From positions 23,758 to 87,757 of the forward strand of contig CAIYMO010000032.1 of NCBI GenBank assembly GCA_903927345.1: 64,000 nt of DNA, read 5' to 3'. This stretch comes from an uncultured Armatimonadetes bacterium (lineage in GTDB: Bacteria; Armatimonadota; Fimbriimonadia; Fimbriimonadales; Fimbriimonadaceae). The first letter of the stretch is position 1, and each line of letters starts with the position of its first letter. The notes under the pieces were generated by a model. It saw only the letters and a list, made by a program, of their open reading frames with translations. It did no database searches and was not told the DNA's origin. Shown piece by piece: positions 8,359 through 17,785 of this stretch. The position numbers and the translations under genes are program-made.

Positions 8359-9636
8359 ATGAAGGGAATTGGATTATTAGGGGCCATCGTGCTTTCCGCG
8401 AGCGGATTTGCCGGAGAAAGCCTGACGCTGGAGCAAGCACTGAAGTTGGCAAAGACCAACAATGGAACTCTTAAGGCGGCTGCGTTCGACATCCAGGCTG
8501 CCACGGCGCGGAAGCGACAGGCAACCTCATCGCTCTTTCCCACCATCACCCCGGCGTTCAGCTTCTCGAAAACCAAAAACGAGCAGGGTAACTCCACCGT
8601 CGGTGGCACGACCTTCGAGTTCGAGCAAACCGCAACTCAGGCTCGCATCAGCTGGCGACTTCTCGACTCCGGCGAACGACTCACCCAGATCCGCTCTGCC
8701 CGAGAAGGCGAAGCCGCCCAGATCGCACAAAGCCGACAGACTGTCCGCCAAGTCATCTTCGGCGTCCACCAACAGTACATCGAAACCCTCCGCGCTCAGG
8801 AGCTAGAGTCACTCGCTGACTACCAACTCAAGCGAGCCGAAACCGTACTGGAGCAAACACAGGCAAGGGTCAAAGTTGGCGACGCGGCCCGACGAGAAAT
8901 CCTCCAAGCCCAGGCTGACGCGCTTAATGCTTCGGTCAACGTCATCACGGCTAAAAACCGAGTCGACACCAACGCCGCCACTCTCAAGTCTCAAATCGGA
9001 CTGCAGAAGGACTTCGATCGTCCCGTACTGGCAGGCTACAAAGTCGACATCGATAGCCCAACCGTTCTCGCCAAGGCCGTCGAAGTTGGAATGACCATCC
9101 GCCCCGACCTCATCGCTCGTCGCCGAAACATCGGAGCCTCGCAGCAATCTCTGCGAAACGCTCAGATCGGTGCCGGCATCACCTGGAGCCTGGACTACAC
9201 CGACACTTCCTTCTTCACGCCGATCACTGGCAACAACCAAAACATCAGCTTCCTCTTGAGCTACCCGCTCTTCGACGGAGGCAACGCTCGAAGTGCCGTA
9301 GCAATCCAACGTGCCTCGCTCGAATCCGCCGCCGCCAACCTCACTCAAGCCGAGCGCGACGCCCGCAGCGAAATCGAGTCCGCGTTCATCACGTTCAGCC
9401 AAAACAAGTCGCGAGCCGAAGCCGCCGAAAAGGCGTTCCAAGCAGCGACGCTCAACTTTGAAGCCACCCAAGAATCCCGCCGACTCGGAGCAAGCGACCT
9501 CATCGACCTGCTTACCGCCCAAGTCAGCCTGGCCACCGCCGAGAGCAACCGGATCGACGCAAAGTACGACCTGCTGATCTCCCAACTCCGGCTCCAACTA
9601 GTCACGGGCATGCCAGTTCCCGGCGAGGATAACTGA
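8359..9636 (+). CDS. TolC-like outer membrane efflux protein
   Basis: Signal peptide [20 protein letters not shown]. Two OEP-type repeats ([10 protein letters not shown]..., coiled-coil rich sequence, final [15 protein letters not shown]). Confidence 0.85.
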   Translation: MKGIGLLGAIVLSASGFAGESLTLEQALKLAKTNNGTLKAAAFDIQAATARKRQATSSLFPTITPAFSFSKTKNEQGNSTVGGTTFEFEQTATQARISWRLLDSGERLTQIRSAREGEAAQIAQSRQTVRQVIFGVHQQYIETLRAQELESLADYQLKRAETVLEQTQARVKVGDAARREILQAQADALNASVNVITAKNRVDTNAATLKSQIGLQKDFDRPVLAGYKVDIDSPTVLAKAVEVGMTIRPDLIARRRNIGASQQSLRNAQIGAGITWSLDYTDTSFFTPITGNNQNISFLLSYPLFDGGNARSAVAIQRASLESAAANLTQAERDARSEIESAFITFSQNKSRAEAAEKAFQAATLNFEATQESRRLGASDLIDLLTAQVSLATAESNRIDAKYDLLISQLRLQLVTGMPVPGEDN

Positions 9637-10421
9637 TGGCTCGAGTCGTCGTTGAGGCCAAAAACCTCAGTAAGCGCTACGTCATGGGCGACCAAACGGT
9701 CCACGCCCTCCGAAGCATCAACGTCCAAATCTTTGAAGGTGACTTCGTCGCAATCATGGGTCCTTCCGGCTCCGGAAAATCGACCTTCATGAACCTGATC
9801 GGCTGTCTCGACCGCCCCAGCGAAGGTGAATGCTTCCTTGACGGCAATCCTGTCGCCAAGATGAACGACAACGAGCTTGCGGCAATTCGAAACAAGTACA
9901 TCGGCTTCGTCTTCCAGAACTTCAACCTGCTCCCGCGAACCTCGGCGCTAAAAAACGTCGAGCTTCCGTTGATGTACGCAGGTGCAAAAAACCGCGAAGA
10001 GACTGCAAAAGAAGCACTGGAAAAGGTCGGCCTCGGTAAGCGGATGGATCACACTCCGGCCGAGCTATCGGGTGGTCAGCAACAGCGGGTCGCGATTGCG
10101 CGAGCAATCGTAAACAACCCGGTCATGATCCTCGGCGACGAGCCAACAGGAAACCTTGACACGCGCACCAGCGAAGAGATCATGGCGGTCTTCCAGGAAG
10201 TCAACCGGCAGGGTCGAACCGTCATCATCGTTACCCACGAAGAAGACGTCGCTCGGCACTGCAAGCGAATCATCCGATTCCGAGACGGTCGGATCCAGCG
10301 CGACGAAGTCGTCGAACATCCCGTCGACGCTCGAGAAGTTATCAAGACACTTCCTGATCCTGACGCCGAGGTCGAACCAACGCCCGAGCCTGTCGCAGAA
10401 AAGCTGACCTTCCAGCTCTAA
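9636..10421 (+). CDS. ABC transporter ATP-binding protein, MacB/LolD type
   Basis: Walker [10 protein letters not shown], signature [14 protein letters not shown], Walker [22 protein letters not shown] is typical of the MacB/LolD clade. Start overlaps the TolC stop (TGATG). Acidic, Pro-rich C-terminal tail of about 40 aa. Confidence 0.9.
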   Translation: MARVVVEAKNLSKRYVMGDQTVHALRSINVQIFEGDFVAIMGPSGSGKSTFMNLIGCLDRPSEGECFLDGNPVAKMNDNELAAIRNKYIGFVFQNFNLLPRTSALKNVELPLMYAGAKNREETAKEALEKVGLGKRMDHTPAELSGGQQQRVAIARAIVNNPVMILGDEPTGNLDTRTSEEIMAVFQEVNRQGRTVIIVTHEEDVARHCKRIIRFRDGRIQRDEVVEHPVDAREVIKTLPDPDAEVEPTPEPVAEKLTFQL

Positions 10422-11650
10422 TTCTTGCTCTCAATCACGAGGTCTGGCGAATCGAACGTCTCGTTCGATTCGCCTCCATCGTCGATCCCATCCTCGCCCG
10501 CGGAGTAAACCTTGAACTCCCCAGCCCCGGATTTAAAGTAGAACGGTTTGCCGGTGAACGGATCGCGAACCGCCGCCTTCGAAAAGGCGTCAAGCGTCGC
10601 CGGTAAAGGAGCCTTCAGCTTCACCTTCTGGCGCAGATAGCACTCAAGCATGAACAGCTGAGTCCGCGCCGCGCACTTCTTAACGTAAGGCGACAGCGAA
10701 TCCAAGTTAGAGGCGAAGTAGCGGTACAGAACGCGCCAGTTTTTTCGACTTTTCAGCTCAGGCGGATCAATGTCCGGATTTGGTGACTGCATCTGGTCGA
10801 TATGCCACTTGCTCCGAGCTTTGATATCATCCCCGATCCAGTCGAACACACCCACCACTTTGATTGGATCGCCACCGATCGACTTTAGCAATGCCACCTC
10901 ATCATGTGTTGACTTCCCAAGCTTCTCTTCAAGCTTTTCAAAGTCACCCGTTTGGGCAAAATCCTGAGCCTGTTGCAAGGAAAGCAACATGCTCTCCGAC
11001 TCGTTCTGAAGGCACTGAGTCAGCGGAGGGCGTGCCGCGATCGAAGCCGAAATGCTCTTCGCCAAGGTCCCGAGCTGACCGGCCCCAAGCTTTCCTAGTT
11101 CAGGCGCCAAGATCGCCCGCGCACGGTCGATCAGCGAGATTCCCAAAGTAGCCTCGTACGCCCCACCGCCCAACAGCTGAGACCCGAGCTTAGTGATCTG
11201 TCCACATCGAAGCACTGCCCCATCAAGCTGTTGTGAGGCAATTGACGTCTCCATATCCCACAGGAGCGACTCTCCGATTAAGCGAACTCCACGAAGGTAG
11301 ATAGGCGGCTCGTTGAGCCCAACCGGCTGATACTGAAATTCAATCTTCGATGCGACCAAGCCGACGAGAGCGGACTTGTTCGCCCCGATTATCGCGTTCG
11401 CCTGGCTCTTCTCTTTGGCAAAGAACGTCGTTCGGGTTGTTATCGGAGAAGTCGGCTTCCCTCGGAAAAATGCCTTTGCCCGAGCTTCCTGCTCAACTGC
11501 TTCGCCGATCTGGACAAGGCGAGCGTAAGAACCCGAAAGCGGCTTCGCCGACGGCTCGGGAGCCCACGAGCTAAACTTCACCGCTTCCTTGCTGCGGCAC
11601 CCCACGAGGCACAATCCGACCCCAAAAATGATTACGCCAATCCTTGGCAT
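10418..11650 (-). CDS. Putative lipoprotein with C-terminal GspG-like (pseudopilin core) motif
   Basis: Internal ATG at 11650 gives [18 protein letters not shown] (lipobox LVGC). The C-terminus [33 protein letters not shown] resembles the conserved C-terminal core of T2SS GspG. The ORF-track start at 11740 overlaps the divergent gene. Confidence 0.6.
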   Translation of the reverse strand: MPRIGVIIFGVGLCLVGCRSKEAVKFSSWAPEPSAKPLSGSYARLVQIGEAVEQEARAKAFFRGKPTSPITTRTTFFAKEKSQANAIIGANKSALVGLVASKIEFQYQPVGLNEPPIYLRGVRLIGESLLWDMETSIASQQLDGAVLRCGQITKLGSQLLGGGAYEATLGISLIDRARAILAPELGKLGAGQLGTLAKSISASIAARPPLTQCLQNESESMLLSLQQAQDFAQTGDFEKLEEKLGKSTHDEVALLKSIGGDPIKVVGVFDWIGDDIKARSKWHIDQMQSPNPDIDPPELKSRKNWRVLYRYFASNLDSLSPYVKKCAARTQLFMLECYLRQKVKLKAPLPATLDAFSKAAVRDPFTGKPFYFKSGAGEFKVYSAGEDGIDDGGESNETFDSPDLVIESKN

Positions 11651-11691
11651 CAACTTAGGGTAGCACAAGACCCGGTATCCTTGCGGGGACG

Positions 11692-12621
11692 ATGAAAGGT
11701 TTGATCCTCGCCGCAGGAAAAGGCAGCCGCCTCTACCCAATCACCCACCTAATCCCGAAGCCGCTTCTCCCGCTGGCGAACCGGGTCACGATGGAGTACG
11801 CCTTCGATCGAATGAAGGAGATGGGGATCACGGAAATCGGCATCGTCGTCGGCGAGAACGAAGCCGCGATGCGAGAAGGGCTCGGCGACGGCTCCAAATT
11901 CGGTGTCAAGCTCTCCTTCGTCCGTCAACCAGAACCCAAGGGCCTCGCCCACGCCGTAAGCTTTGCCGAAGAATTCGTCGCTGGCGACTCCTTCGTTCTC
12001 TATCTGGGCGACGCAATCTACGACCGCTCGCTCGCCGAGTTCAAAGATAAATTCGAGTCGTCCGGTTGCGCTAACCTCAACCTCGTCATGGCGGTTGAAG
12101 ACCCGTCCCGATTTGGAGTCGCCAATGTCGAAGGGGACCGCATCGTTAAACTCGTTGAAAAGCCCAAGAACCCCGAGTCCAACCTCGCTATGGCCGGTCT
12201 CTACTTCTTCGGACCCAAAATCTGGTCGATCTTCCCAACGCTCCAGCCTTCCGCACGTGGCGAGTACGAGATCACCGACGCCATCCAAACCCTCATCGAC
12301 CAAGGCGAAACAGTCTTGGCGGGCGAGTTCAAAGGAACTTGGTTCGACACCGGCACCTTGGACTCCTATCTCGAAACCAGCTTCTTCCTCTCGGGCGGCG
12401 ATGACATCGACGCCTCCGCAAACGTTCAAGGCAACACAACAAGCCCCGTCGTCATCGGTAAAGAAGCGACTGTCTCCTGCAACAGCATCGAGAACTCCGT
12501 TGTCTTCCCAGGCGCCGTCGTAAACGTCAGCGGAAACATCAAGAACTGCATCCTTGCTGGACCCGTAACCGCCGAAGGAGATCTCGAAAACCAGATCATC
12601 CACGGCGACTGGCAAGGTTAA
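11692..12621 (+). CDS. Sugar-1-phosphate nucleotidyltransferase (glucose-1-phosphate thymidylyl/uridylyltransferase-like)
   Basis: N-terminal GLILAAGKGSRLYPIT nucleotide-binding motif, PKGLAHAV, YEITD. C-terminal hexapeptide-like segment. Confidence 0.85.
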   Translation: MKGLILAAGKGSRLYPITHLIPKPLLPLANRVTMEYAFDRMKEMGITEIGIVVGENEAAMREGLGDGSKFGVKLSFVRQPEPKGLAHAVSFAEEFVAGDSFVLYLGDAIYDRSLAEFKDKFESSGCANLNLVMAVEDPSRFGVANVEGDRIVKLVEKPKNPESNLAMAGLYFFGPKIWSIFPTLQPSARGEYEITDAIQTLIDQGETVLAGEFKGTWFDTGTLDSYLETSFFLSGGDDIDASANVQGNTTSPVVIGKEATVSCNSIENSVVFPGAVVNVSGNIKNCILAGPVTAEGDLENQIIHGDWQG

Positions 12622-12656
12622 GTTTTCGATTTGTATTCGTCCGTACAGAAGCTTTG

Positions 12657-12689
12657 CTCATGACGGGAGTAGAACTCTCTTGTCATGAG
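12657..12689 (+). promoter_or_regulatory. Inverted repeat CTCATGAC-N17-GTCATGAG that includes the start codon of the downstream flavodoxin-like gene
   Basis: Perfect 8-bp arms read from the sequence. The 3' arm contains ATG 12685. The loop carries GGGAG. It could be an mRNA hairpin or a protein operator. Confidence 0.3.
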
Positions 12690-13245
12690 TTTGATCACCA
12701 TTGCCTATCACTCCGGTTACGGACATACCAAGAAAGTCGCCGAGCACGTTGCCGCTGGCGCAAACTCGGTTGAGGGAGTCAAGGCCATCCTCCTCGACGT
12801 CACCACCGTTGACGCCGCCATCGAAGGTTACGAGAACGGTTGGGAACTCCTCAACGCTTCCAACGGAATCATCTTCGGCACCCCAACCTACATGGGCGGC
12901 CCAAGCGGTCCCTTCAAAGTCTTCGCCGACGCCTCAAGCAAAGCTTGGTTCACCGGAGCATGGAAGGACAAAATCGCGGCCGGATTTACCAACTCGCTCT
13001 CCAACGCCGGTGACAAGAACGTCACTCTTTACTACTTGGCTACCCTTGCCGCTCAGCAAGAAATGATCTGGGTAACCCTGGGCATCAAGAACGACGGCAC
13101 GAATAACCGTAACGGCTACTACCTCGGTCTCGGAACCCAAAGCGATAACGCGCCTGCTGACCAAACCCCAGGCGAAGCCGATCTCAACACCTCCAAGAAT
13201 TTTGGAGTCCGAGTCGCCGAAGCCGTCATTCGCTGGAACAAGTAA
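12685..13245 (+). CDS. Flavodoxin-like NAD(P)H:quinone oxidoreductase (WrbA-like)
   Basis: ITIAYHSGYGHTKKVAEHV N-terminus and GTPTYMGG FMN-binding loop are typical of the flavodoxin-fold WrbA/NQO family. Confidence 0.8.
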   Translation: MSLITIAYHSGYGHTKKVAEHVAAGANSVEGVKAILLDVTTVDAAIEGYENGWELLNASNGIIFGTPTYMGGPSGPFKVFADASSKAWFTGAWKDKIAAGFTNSLSNAGDKNVTLYYLATLAAQQEMIWVTLGIKNDGTNNRNGYYLGLGTQSDNAPADQTPGEADLNTSKNFGVRVAEAVIRWNK

Positions 13246-13292
13246 TCCGCAACCCGAAATACCTAACCCAAGTACAATAAGGCTGATCCCAA

Positions 13293-14087
13293 ATGGTTTC
13301 AGCCTCAGCTCTCATTGGACTTCTGACCCTGACGATTCTCGAAATCGTTCTCGGTATCGACAACATCGTCTTCGTCAGCATCCTCAGCGGACGCCTAAAG
13401 GGAGAAGAGCAAGAGCGGGCCCGAAAGCTTGGCATGTGGCTCGCCATAGGCGTTCGAATCCTTCTCCTCCTCGGAATCGGCTTCATCGTTCGAGCAACCA
13501 ACCCGATCGTCACACTCTCGTTCCTTGAGCCGCTCCTGAAAGCCTCGGGCGAAAAACCAGAAGCCATCGCCGAAGCCATTGGCATCTCCATCAAAGACCT
13601 CGTCCTGTTCGGCGGCGGTCTCTATCTCATTTTCCAATCGGTAAAGGAGATTCACCACAAGCTCGAAGGAGCCGAAGAAACGACCAAGGAAGCCAAAGCC
13701 GCAACCTTCAACAAGGTTCTGATGGGCATCATCGGGATCAACATCATCTTCTCCCTCGACTCCGTCATCACCGCCGTCGGAATGGTCAAAGAGATTTGGG
13801 TCATGATCGCCGCCGTCGTCATCAGCGGTATCTTCATGGTCTACTACAGCGGCGTCGTATCCAAGTTCGTCGACAAACACCCGACCGTCAAAATCCTCGC
13901 TCTCAGCTTCCTCGTCCTCATCGGTGCAAACCTCCTGGCTGATGCCGGCGGAATCCATATCCCCAAGGGCTACACCTACTTCGCCATGGTCTTCGCCGTA
14001 ATCGTCGAAACGATCAACATTCGAGTCCGAGGCAGCTCAAACCCTGTCCATCTTCACGAAGAGCCTCTGCCCGATACCTCGGAGTAA
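13293..14087 (+). CDS. TerC family integral membrane protein
   Basis: ILEIVLGIDNIVFVSIL and SLDSVITAVG motifs are characteristic of TerC/Alx. Polytopic. Confidence 0.88.
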   Translation: MVSASALIGLLTLTILEIVLGIDNIVFVSILSGRLKGEEQERARKLGMWLAIGVRILLLLGIGFIVRATNPIVTLSFLEPLLKASGEKPEAIAEAIGISIKDLVLFGGGLYLIFQSVKEIHHKLEGAEETTKEAKAATFNKVLMGIIGINIIFSLDSVITAVGMVKEIWVMIAAVVISGIFMVYYSGVVSKFVDKHPTVKILALSFLVLIGANLLADAGGIHIPKGYTYFAMVFAVIVETINIRVRGSSNPVHLHEEPLPDTSE

Positions 14088-14105
14088 GTTGTAAACTCCA
14101 ACCCA

Positions 14106-15524
14106 ATGGACTTCGCGTCGCTCAAAGCCGTGCTGCGCCCAGATCAGATTCTCTCTGGTCCCGCCGCGGAGCGCGCTTACGACTGCGACGCCTACACCGT
14201 CGATAAAGCCAAGCCAAGCATCATCGTCCTCCCCGAAACCACCGAGGAAGTCGCCAAAGTCGTCCGTTGGTGCAACCAGCACCAAGTCCCGTTCACCGCC
14301 CGAGGCGCCGGAACCGGGCTCAGCGGAGGCGCAATGCCCGCCCTCGGTGGAGTAGTGATCTCCACCAAGAAGCTCACCCGGATCCTCGAGATCGACATCG
14401 AAAACCGCGCCCTCCACGCCGAATCCGGAATCGCAAACCGTCGCATCACCGACGCCGTCGCCGACCAAGGTCTCCACTTTGCCCCTGATCCAAGTTCCCA
14501 ATCAGTGAGCACCCTTGGTGGCAACATCGCCGAAAACGCCGGCGGACCCCACACCCTCAAGTACGGCGTCACCGTCCAGCACATCCTCGGCGTCACCATG
14601 GTCGACCCCCAAGGCGAAATCCTGACAATCGGGGGCAAGCATGGCCAGGGTCCCGGCTACGACTTCCTCGGCATCATCTGCGGCTCCGAGGGCCTTCTCG
14701 GAATCGTCACCGAAGCTTGGGTCAAACTCACCCCCGTCCCGACCGAAATCCGAACCGCCCTTATCGCCTTCCAAACCGTCCGCCAAGCCACCGAGTCCGT
14801 CGCCGAAATCATCGCCCGAGGCACCATCCCTGCCGCGCTCGAGATGATGGATCGCGGAATCATGAACGCCGTCCACGCCGCCTTCGGTCTCGAGTTCCCC
14901 GAAGCCGCCCAAGCCCTCCTCCTCGTCGAATGCGATGGCTTCGATGAAGGAACGGTCCAGAAGGAAATGGAGACCGTCCGCGCGGTCTGCCAGGAAAACC
15001 AAAGCCTCACCTTCGTCGAAGCCGCCGACGCCAAGGAGCGAGCGAAGCTCTGGACCGCCCGCAAGAAAGGCGTCGGAGCCATGGGTCGCCTCGCCCCCAC
15101 CGTCGTCACCCACGACGGCGTCATCCCCCGCTCCAAACTCCCAGAGATGCTTGACTTCGTCTACGCCGTCGCCAAAGAGCACAACATCGGCGTCGCCAAC
15201 ATCTTCCACGCCGGAGACGGCAACCTCCACCCCTGCTTCTACTTCGACGACCGCGAGCCAGGCGTTGTCGAGCGAGTCGTAAAAGCCGGCGAAGACATCA
15301 TCCGAAAATGCGTCGAGCTAGGCGGCTCCGTCACCGGCGAACACGGAGTCGGTGTGGAGAAACTCGACCTGCTGCCATTGATGTACACCCCCGAAGACCT
15401 CGCTGCCCAAGGCCTCGTTAAACAGATCTTCGACCAAACCGGCCTCTCCAACCCCTGCAAAGTCCTCCCCATGAACCGCGCCTGCGCCGAACACAAACTA
15501 AGGTGGCGGGGGGTAGCGACGTAA
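14106..15524 (+). CDS. glcD: Glycolate oxidase subunit GlcD (FAD-linked oxidase)
   Basis: PCMH-type FAD-binding domain (VVRWCNQHQVPFTARGAGTGLSGGA). C-terminal GSVTGEHGVG motif. Followed by glcE- and glcF-type genes. Confidence 0.9.
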   Translation: MDFASLKAVLRPDQILSGPAAERAYDCDAYTVDKAKPSIIVLPETTEEVAKVVRWCNQHQVPFTARGAGTGLSGGAMPALGGVVISTKKLTRILEIDIENRALHAESGIANRRITDAVADQGLHFAPDPSSQSVSTLGGNIAENAGGPHTLKYGVTVQHILGVTMVDPQGEILTIGGKHGQGPGYDFLGIICGSEGLLGIVTEAWVKLTPVPTEIRTALIAFQTVRQATESVAEIIARGTIPAALEMMDRGIMNAVHAAFGLEFPEAAQALLLVECDGFDEGTVQKEMETVRAVCQENQSLTFVEAADAKERAKLWTARKKGVGAMGRLAPTVVTHDGVIPRSKLPEMLDFVYAVAKEHNIGVANIFHAGDGNLHPCFYFDDREPGVVERVVKAGEDIIRKCVELGGSVTGEHGVGVEKLDLLPLMYTPEDLAAQGLVKQIFDQTGLSNPCKVLPMNRACAEHKLRWRGVAT

Positions 15525-16525
15525 TGGAAGACAGGGAATATCTGCCTCTCGCTAGCCTCGAAGAGCTACGTACGATCTTGCATGAGTCAGAAATAGTAGT
15601 TGTGGGTGACGGAACGGTGTTTCGTGCTACACCCGAGCGTATGAAACTTCATATTGAGGGTCATAACTTAGGGAGCTTCTACGGTGCCGGAACGGTTGAG
15701 GGTGACTTGGCCGCTCAAGCCCAGGATTGCACATATCTTTACCTAGGCGACCTACCCCTCGTTTTCGATCTCGATCCTTTGAACCAGACCTTGAAGGTTT
15801 CAGCTGGAATCCCGTTCCCACACTTAACTCGGCTCTTGGGTCCAACTGGCTTTACAATTCCGCATCACTGGCAGGCCTTCGATACCGGGGATGGAGAATT
15901 CTATCCGCGAGGTACGCAAATGCCGTACCGAGATGCGTTCGAATCTCTCGGCGATGCACTTGCTACCGATCTTCCCCACGCCAGAGAAGCCCAACACGGA
16001 AGTTGGCGGGACTGGGTCATCGGAGCAACGATCATGCTCGCTGATGGGAGTATTGTTAAGTCCGGCAGCTCGGTCGTTAAAAGCGTCACTGGCTTCGACC
16101 TCCACAAACTCATGATCGGAGCCCGCCATACCCTCGGGATATTCTTGGAGGTAACCCTGAAGGTCATCCCCACCGCTAGTCTCCAGCCACACCAATTTAC
16201 GGAAGATGAAGCTTTTGAGCATAAAACTTGGACATTCCCGTACCACGCCAAGAGAGCTTGTGCCATTCGTGTCGCACCAGATCAATTTAATCTTGCCCTC
16301 ACGCAACTGGGAATACAGGTCTGGGGGTCGGATGCGCTCTCTAGCACGATCTGGTACGAGGGACTCCCGCAAGATAGTCGAGATTTTGCGCAACACTGCT
16401 GGTCAACCTATTGGGATGACGAACCAGAAATAACCAACCCCCAAACCCAAGCCCTCATGCGCCGCACCAAGCAGCTCTTCGACCCCACAAACAAACTCAA
16501 CCCCGGAGAGTTTGGATTCCTATGA
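15524..16525 (+). CDS. glcE: Glycolate oxidase subunit GlcE-like (divergent FAD-binding domain protein)
   Basis: Positioned between glcD and glcF with TAATG and ATGA junctions. Degenerate PCMH domain; C-terminal KQLFDPTNKLNPG resembles GlcD/GlcE tails. An alternative GTG start lies at 15503. Confidence 0.72.
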   Translation: MEDREYLPLASLEELRTILHESEIVVVGDGTVFRATPERMKLHIEGHNLGSFYGAGTVEGDLAAQAQDCTYLYLGDLPLVFDLDPLNQTLKVSAGIPFPHLTRLLGPTGFTIPHHWQAFDTGDGEFYPRGTQMPYRDAFESLGDALATDLPHAREAQHGSWRDWVIGATIMLADGSIVKSGSSVVKSVTGFDLHKLMIGARHTLGIFLEVTLKVIPTASLQPHQFTEDEAFEHKTWTFPYHAKRACAIRVAPDQFNLALTQLGIQVWGSDALSSTIWYEGLPQDSRDFAQHCWSTYWDDEPEITNPQTQALMRRTKQLFDPTNKLNPGEFGFL

Positions 16526-17727
16526 GCCACTTAGAAGACCTCACCACCCAGTGCATCCGGTGCGGATTCTGCCTCGAAGACTGCCCCACATTCACCCAAA
16601 CCGGCAACGAGCTCGACTCACCTCGCGGCCGAATCTATCTCGTCCGAAGCGTCATCGACGGCAAGCTCACCTGGGATGAAGCCAAGCCCCACCTCGACAA
16701 GTGCCTCGGCTGCCGAGCCTGCGAAACCGCTTGCCCGAGCGGAGTTCAGTACGGGCAAATCCTCGAGATCGCCCGCGATCAAATCGGCACAACCCTCCTC
16801 CAAAAGGCGTTCCTCACCGGAACCACCAACCCCCTCATCCTCAAAACCCAACTCGCCGCCGCCAAATTCCTCCCCGGCAACCGGATGCCCAAACCCCTCA
16901 GCAAAATCCTCAGCGGCACCAACCCCGAAGTCGATCTCCCCAAACCTCAAAAGCCAATCGCATTCCCCGACCTGCCCAAAACCGAACTCAAAGGCGAGGT
17001 CTATATGCTCCAAGGGTGCGCCATGCAGGTCCTCTTCCCGCGAGTTCACCAATGTACCGAGCGCCTCCTTCACCGCGTCGGCTACACCATCAAGCCCGCA
17101 AATCAAGGATGCTGCGGAGCCCTCCACGCCCACAACGGGCAACTCGACGAAGCCCGTCAACTCGCAAGCAAACTCATCCAATCCATGCCCGGCGACGCCC
17201 CCATCATCGTCAACTCCGCCGGATGCGGAAGCACCATGAAGGAGTACGGCCACCTTCTCGGCACCCCCGAAGCCGAGCAATTCGCCAAGCGAGTCGTCGA
17301 CCTCTCCGAATTCCTCCTCAGCCAAAACCTCGCCGATCTTCTCCAGCAAGCAACCAAACTCGAGGGCAAACGCATCACCTACCACGACGCCTGCCACCTC
17401 TCCCACGGCCAAAAGATCACCAGCCAACCCCGCCAACTCATCCAAGCCATCCCCGGAATCGAGTTTGTTGAACTCGAAGAATCGATGGTCTGCTGCGGAA
17501 GCGCCGGAATCTACAACGTCATGCAGCCCGATATGGCGCGCCAGCTTCTCGACCGAAAAACCAGCCACATCCAAGAAACCAATGCCGATATCGTCGCCAC
17601 CGGAAACCCCGGCTGCCATGCCTGGATCGCCCAAGGATGCCGCGAAAAAGGTATCGCCAGAACCCTCCATACCGCCGAGCTCCTGGAGGCTGCGTTCGTG
17701 GGTCTCCAACCGTTTATCGAACAATAA
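16522..17727 (+). CDS. glcF: Glycolate oxidase iron-sulfur subunit GlcF
   Basis: Two 4Fe-4S motifs (CIRCGFCLEDCP, CLGCRACETACP) and two CCG domains (QGCCGALH, MVCCGSAG). Confidence 0.9.
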   Translation: MSHLEDLTTQCIRCGFCLEDCPTFTQTGNELDSPRGRIYLVRSVIDGKLTWDEAKPHLDKCLGCRACETACPSGVQYGQILEIARDQIGTTLLQKAFLTGTTNPLILKTQLAAAKFLPGNRMPKPLSKILSGTNPEVDLPKPQKPIAFPDLPKTELKGEVYMLQGCAMQVLFPRVHQCTERLLHRVGYTIKPANQGCCGALHAHNGQLDEARQLASKLIQSMPGDAPIIVNSAGCGSTMKEYGHLLGTPEAEQFAKRVVDLSEFLLSQNLADLLQQATKLEGKRITYHDACHLSHGQKITSQPRQLIQAIPGIEFVELEESMVCCGSAGIYNVMQPDMARQLLDRKTSHIQETNADIVATGNPGCHAWIAQGCREKGIARTLHTAELLEAAFVGLQPFIEQ

Positions 17728-17785
17728 TTTAAAACCCTTCGTAGAGTAAGCAGTGCGACAATGATCGCACCTGGAGATTTCGCAG

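Noticed and set aside
9636-10421. LolD of the lipoprotein-release LolCDE system.
   Set aside because: The ATPase sequence cannot distinguish LolD from MacB-type NBDs by eye, lolC/lolE are not adjacent, and the gene is coupled to a TolC-like gene. It is therefore left as a generic MacB/LolD-type ATPase.
13246-13292. yybP-ykoY (Mn2+) riboswitch, which commonly precedes TerC-family genes.
   Set aside because: The spacer is only 47 nt, far too short for the four-way-junction riboswitch of about 100+ nt, and no conserved motif is visible.
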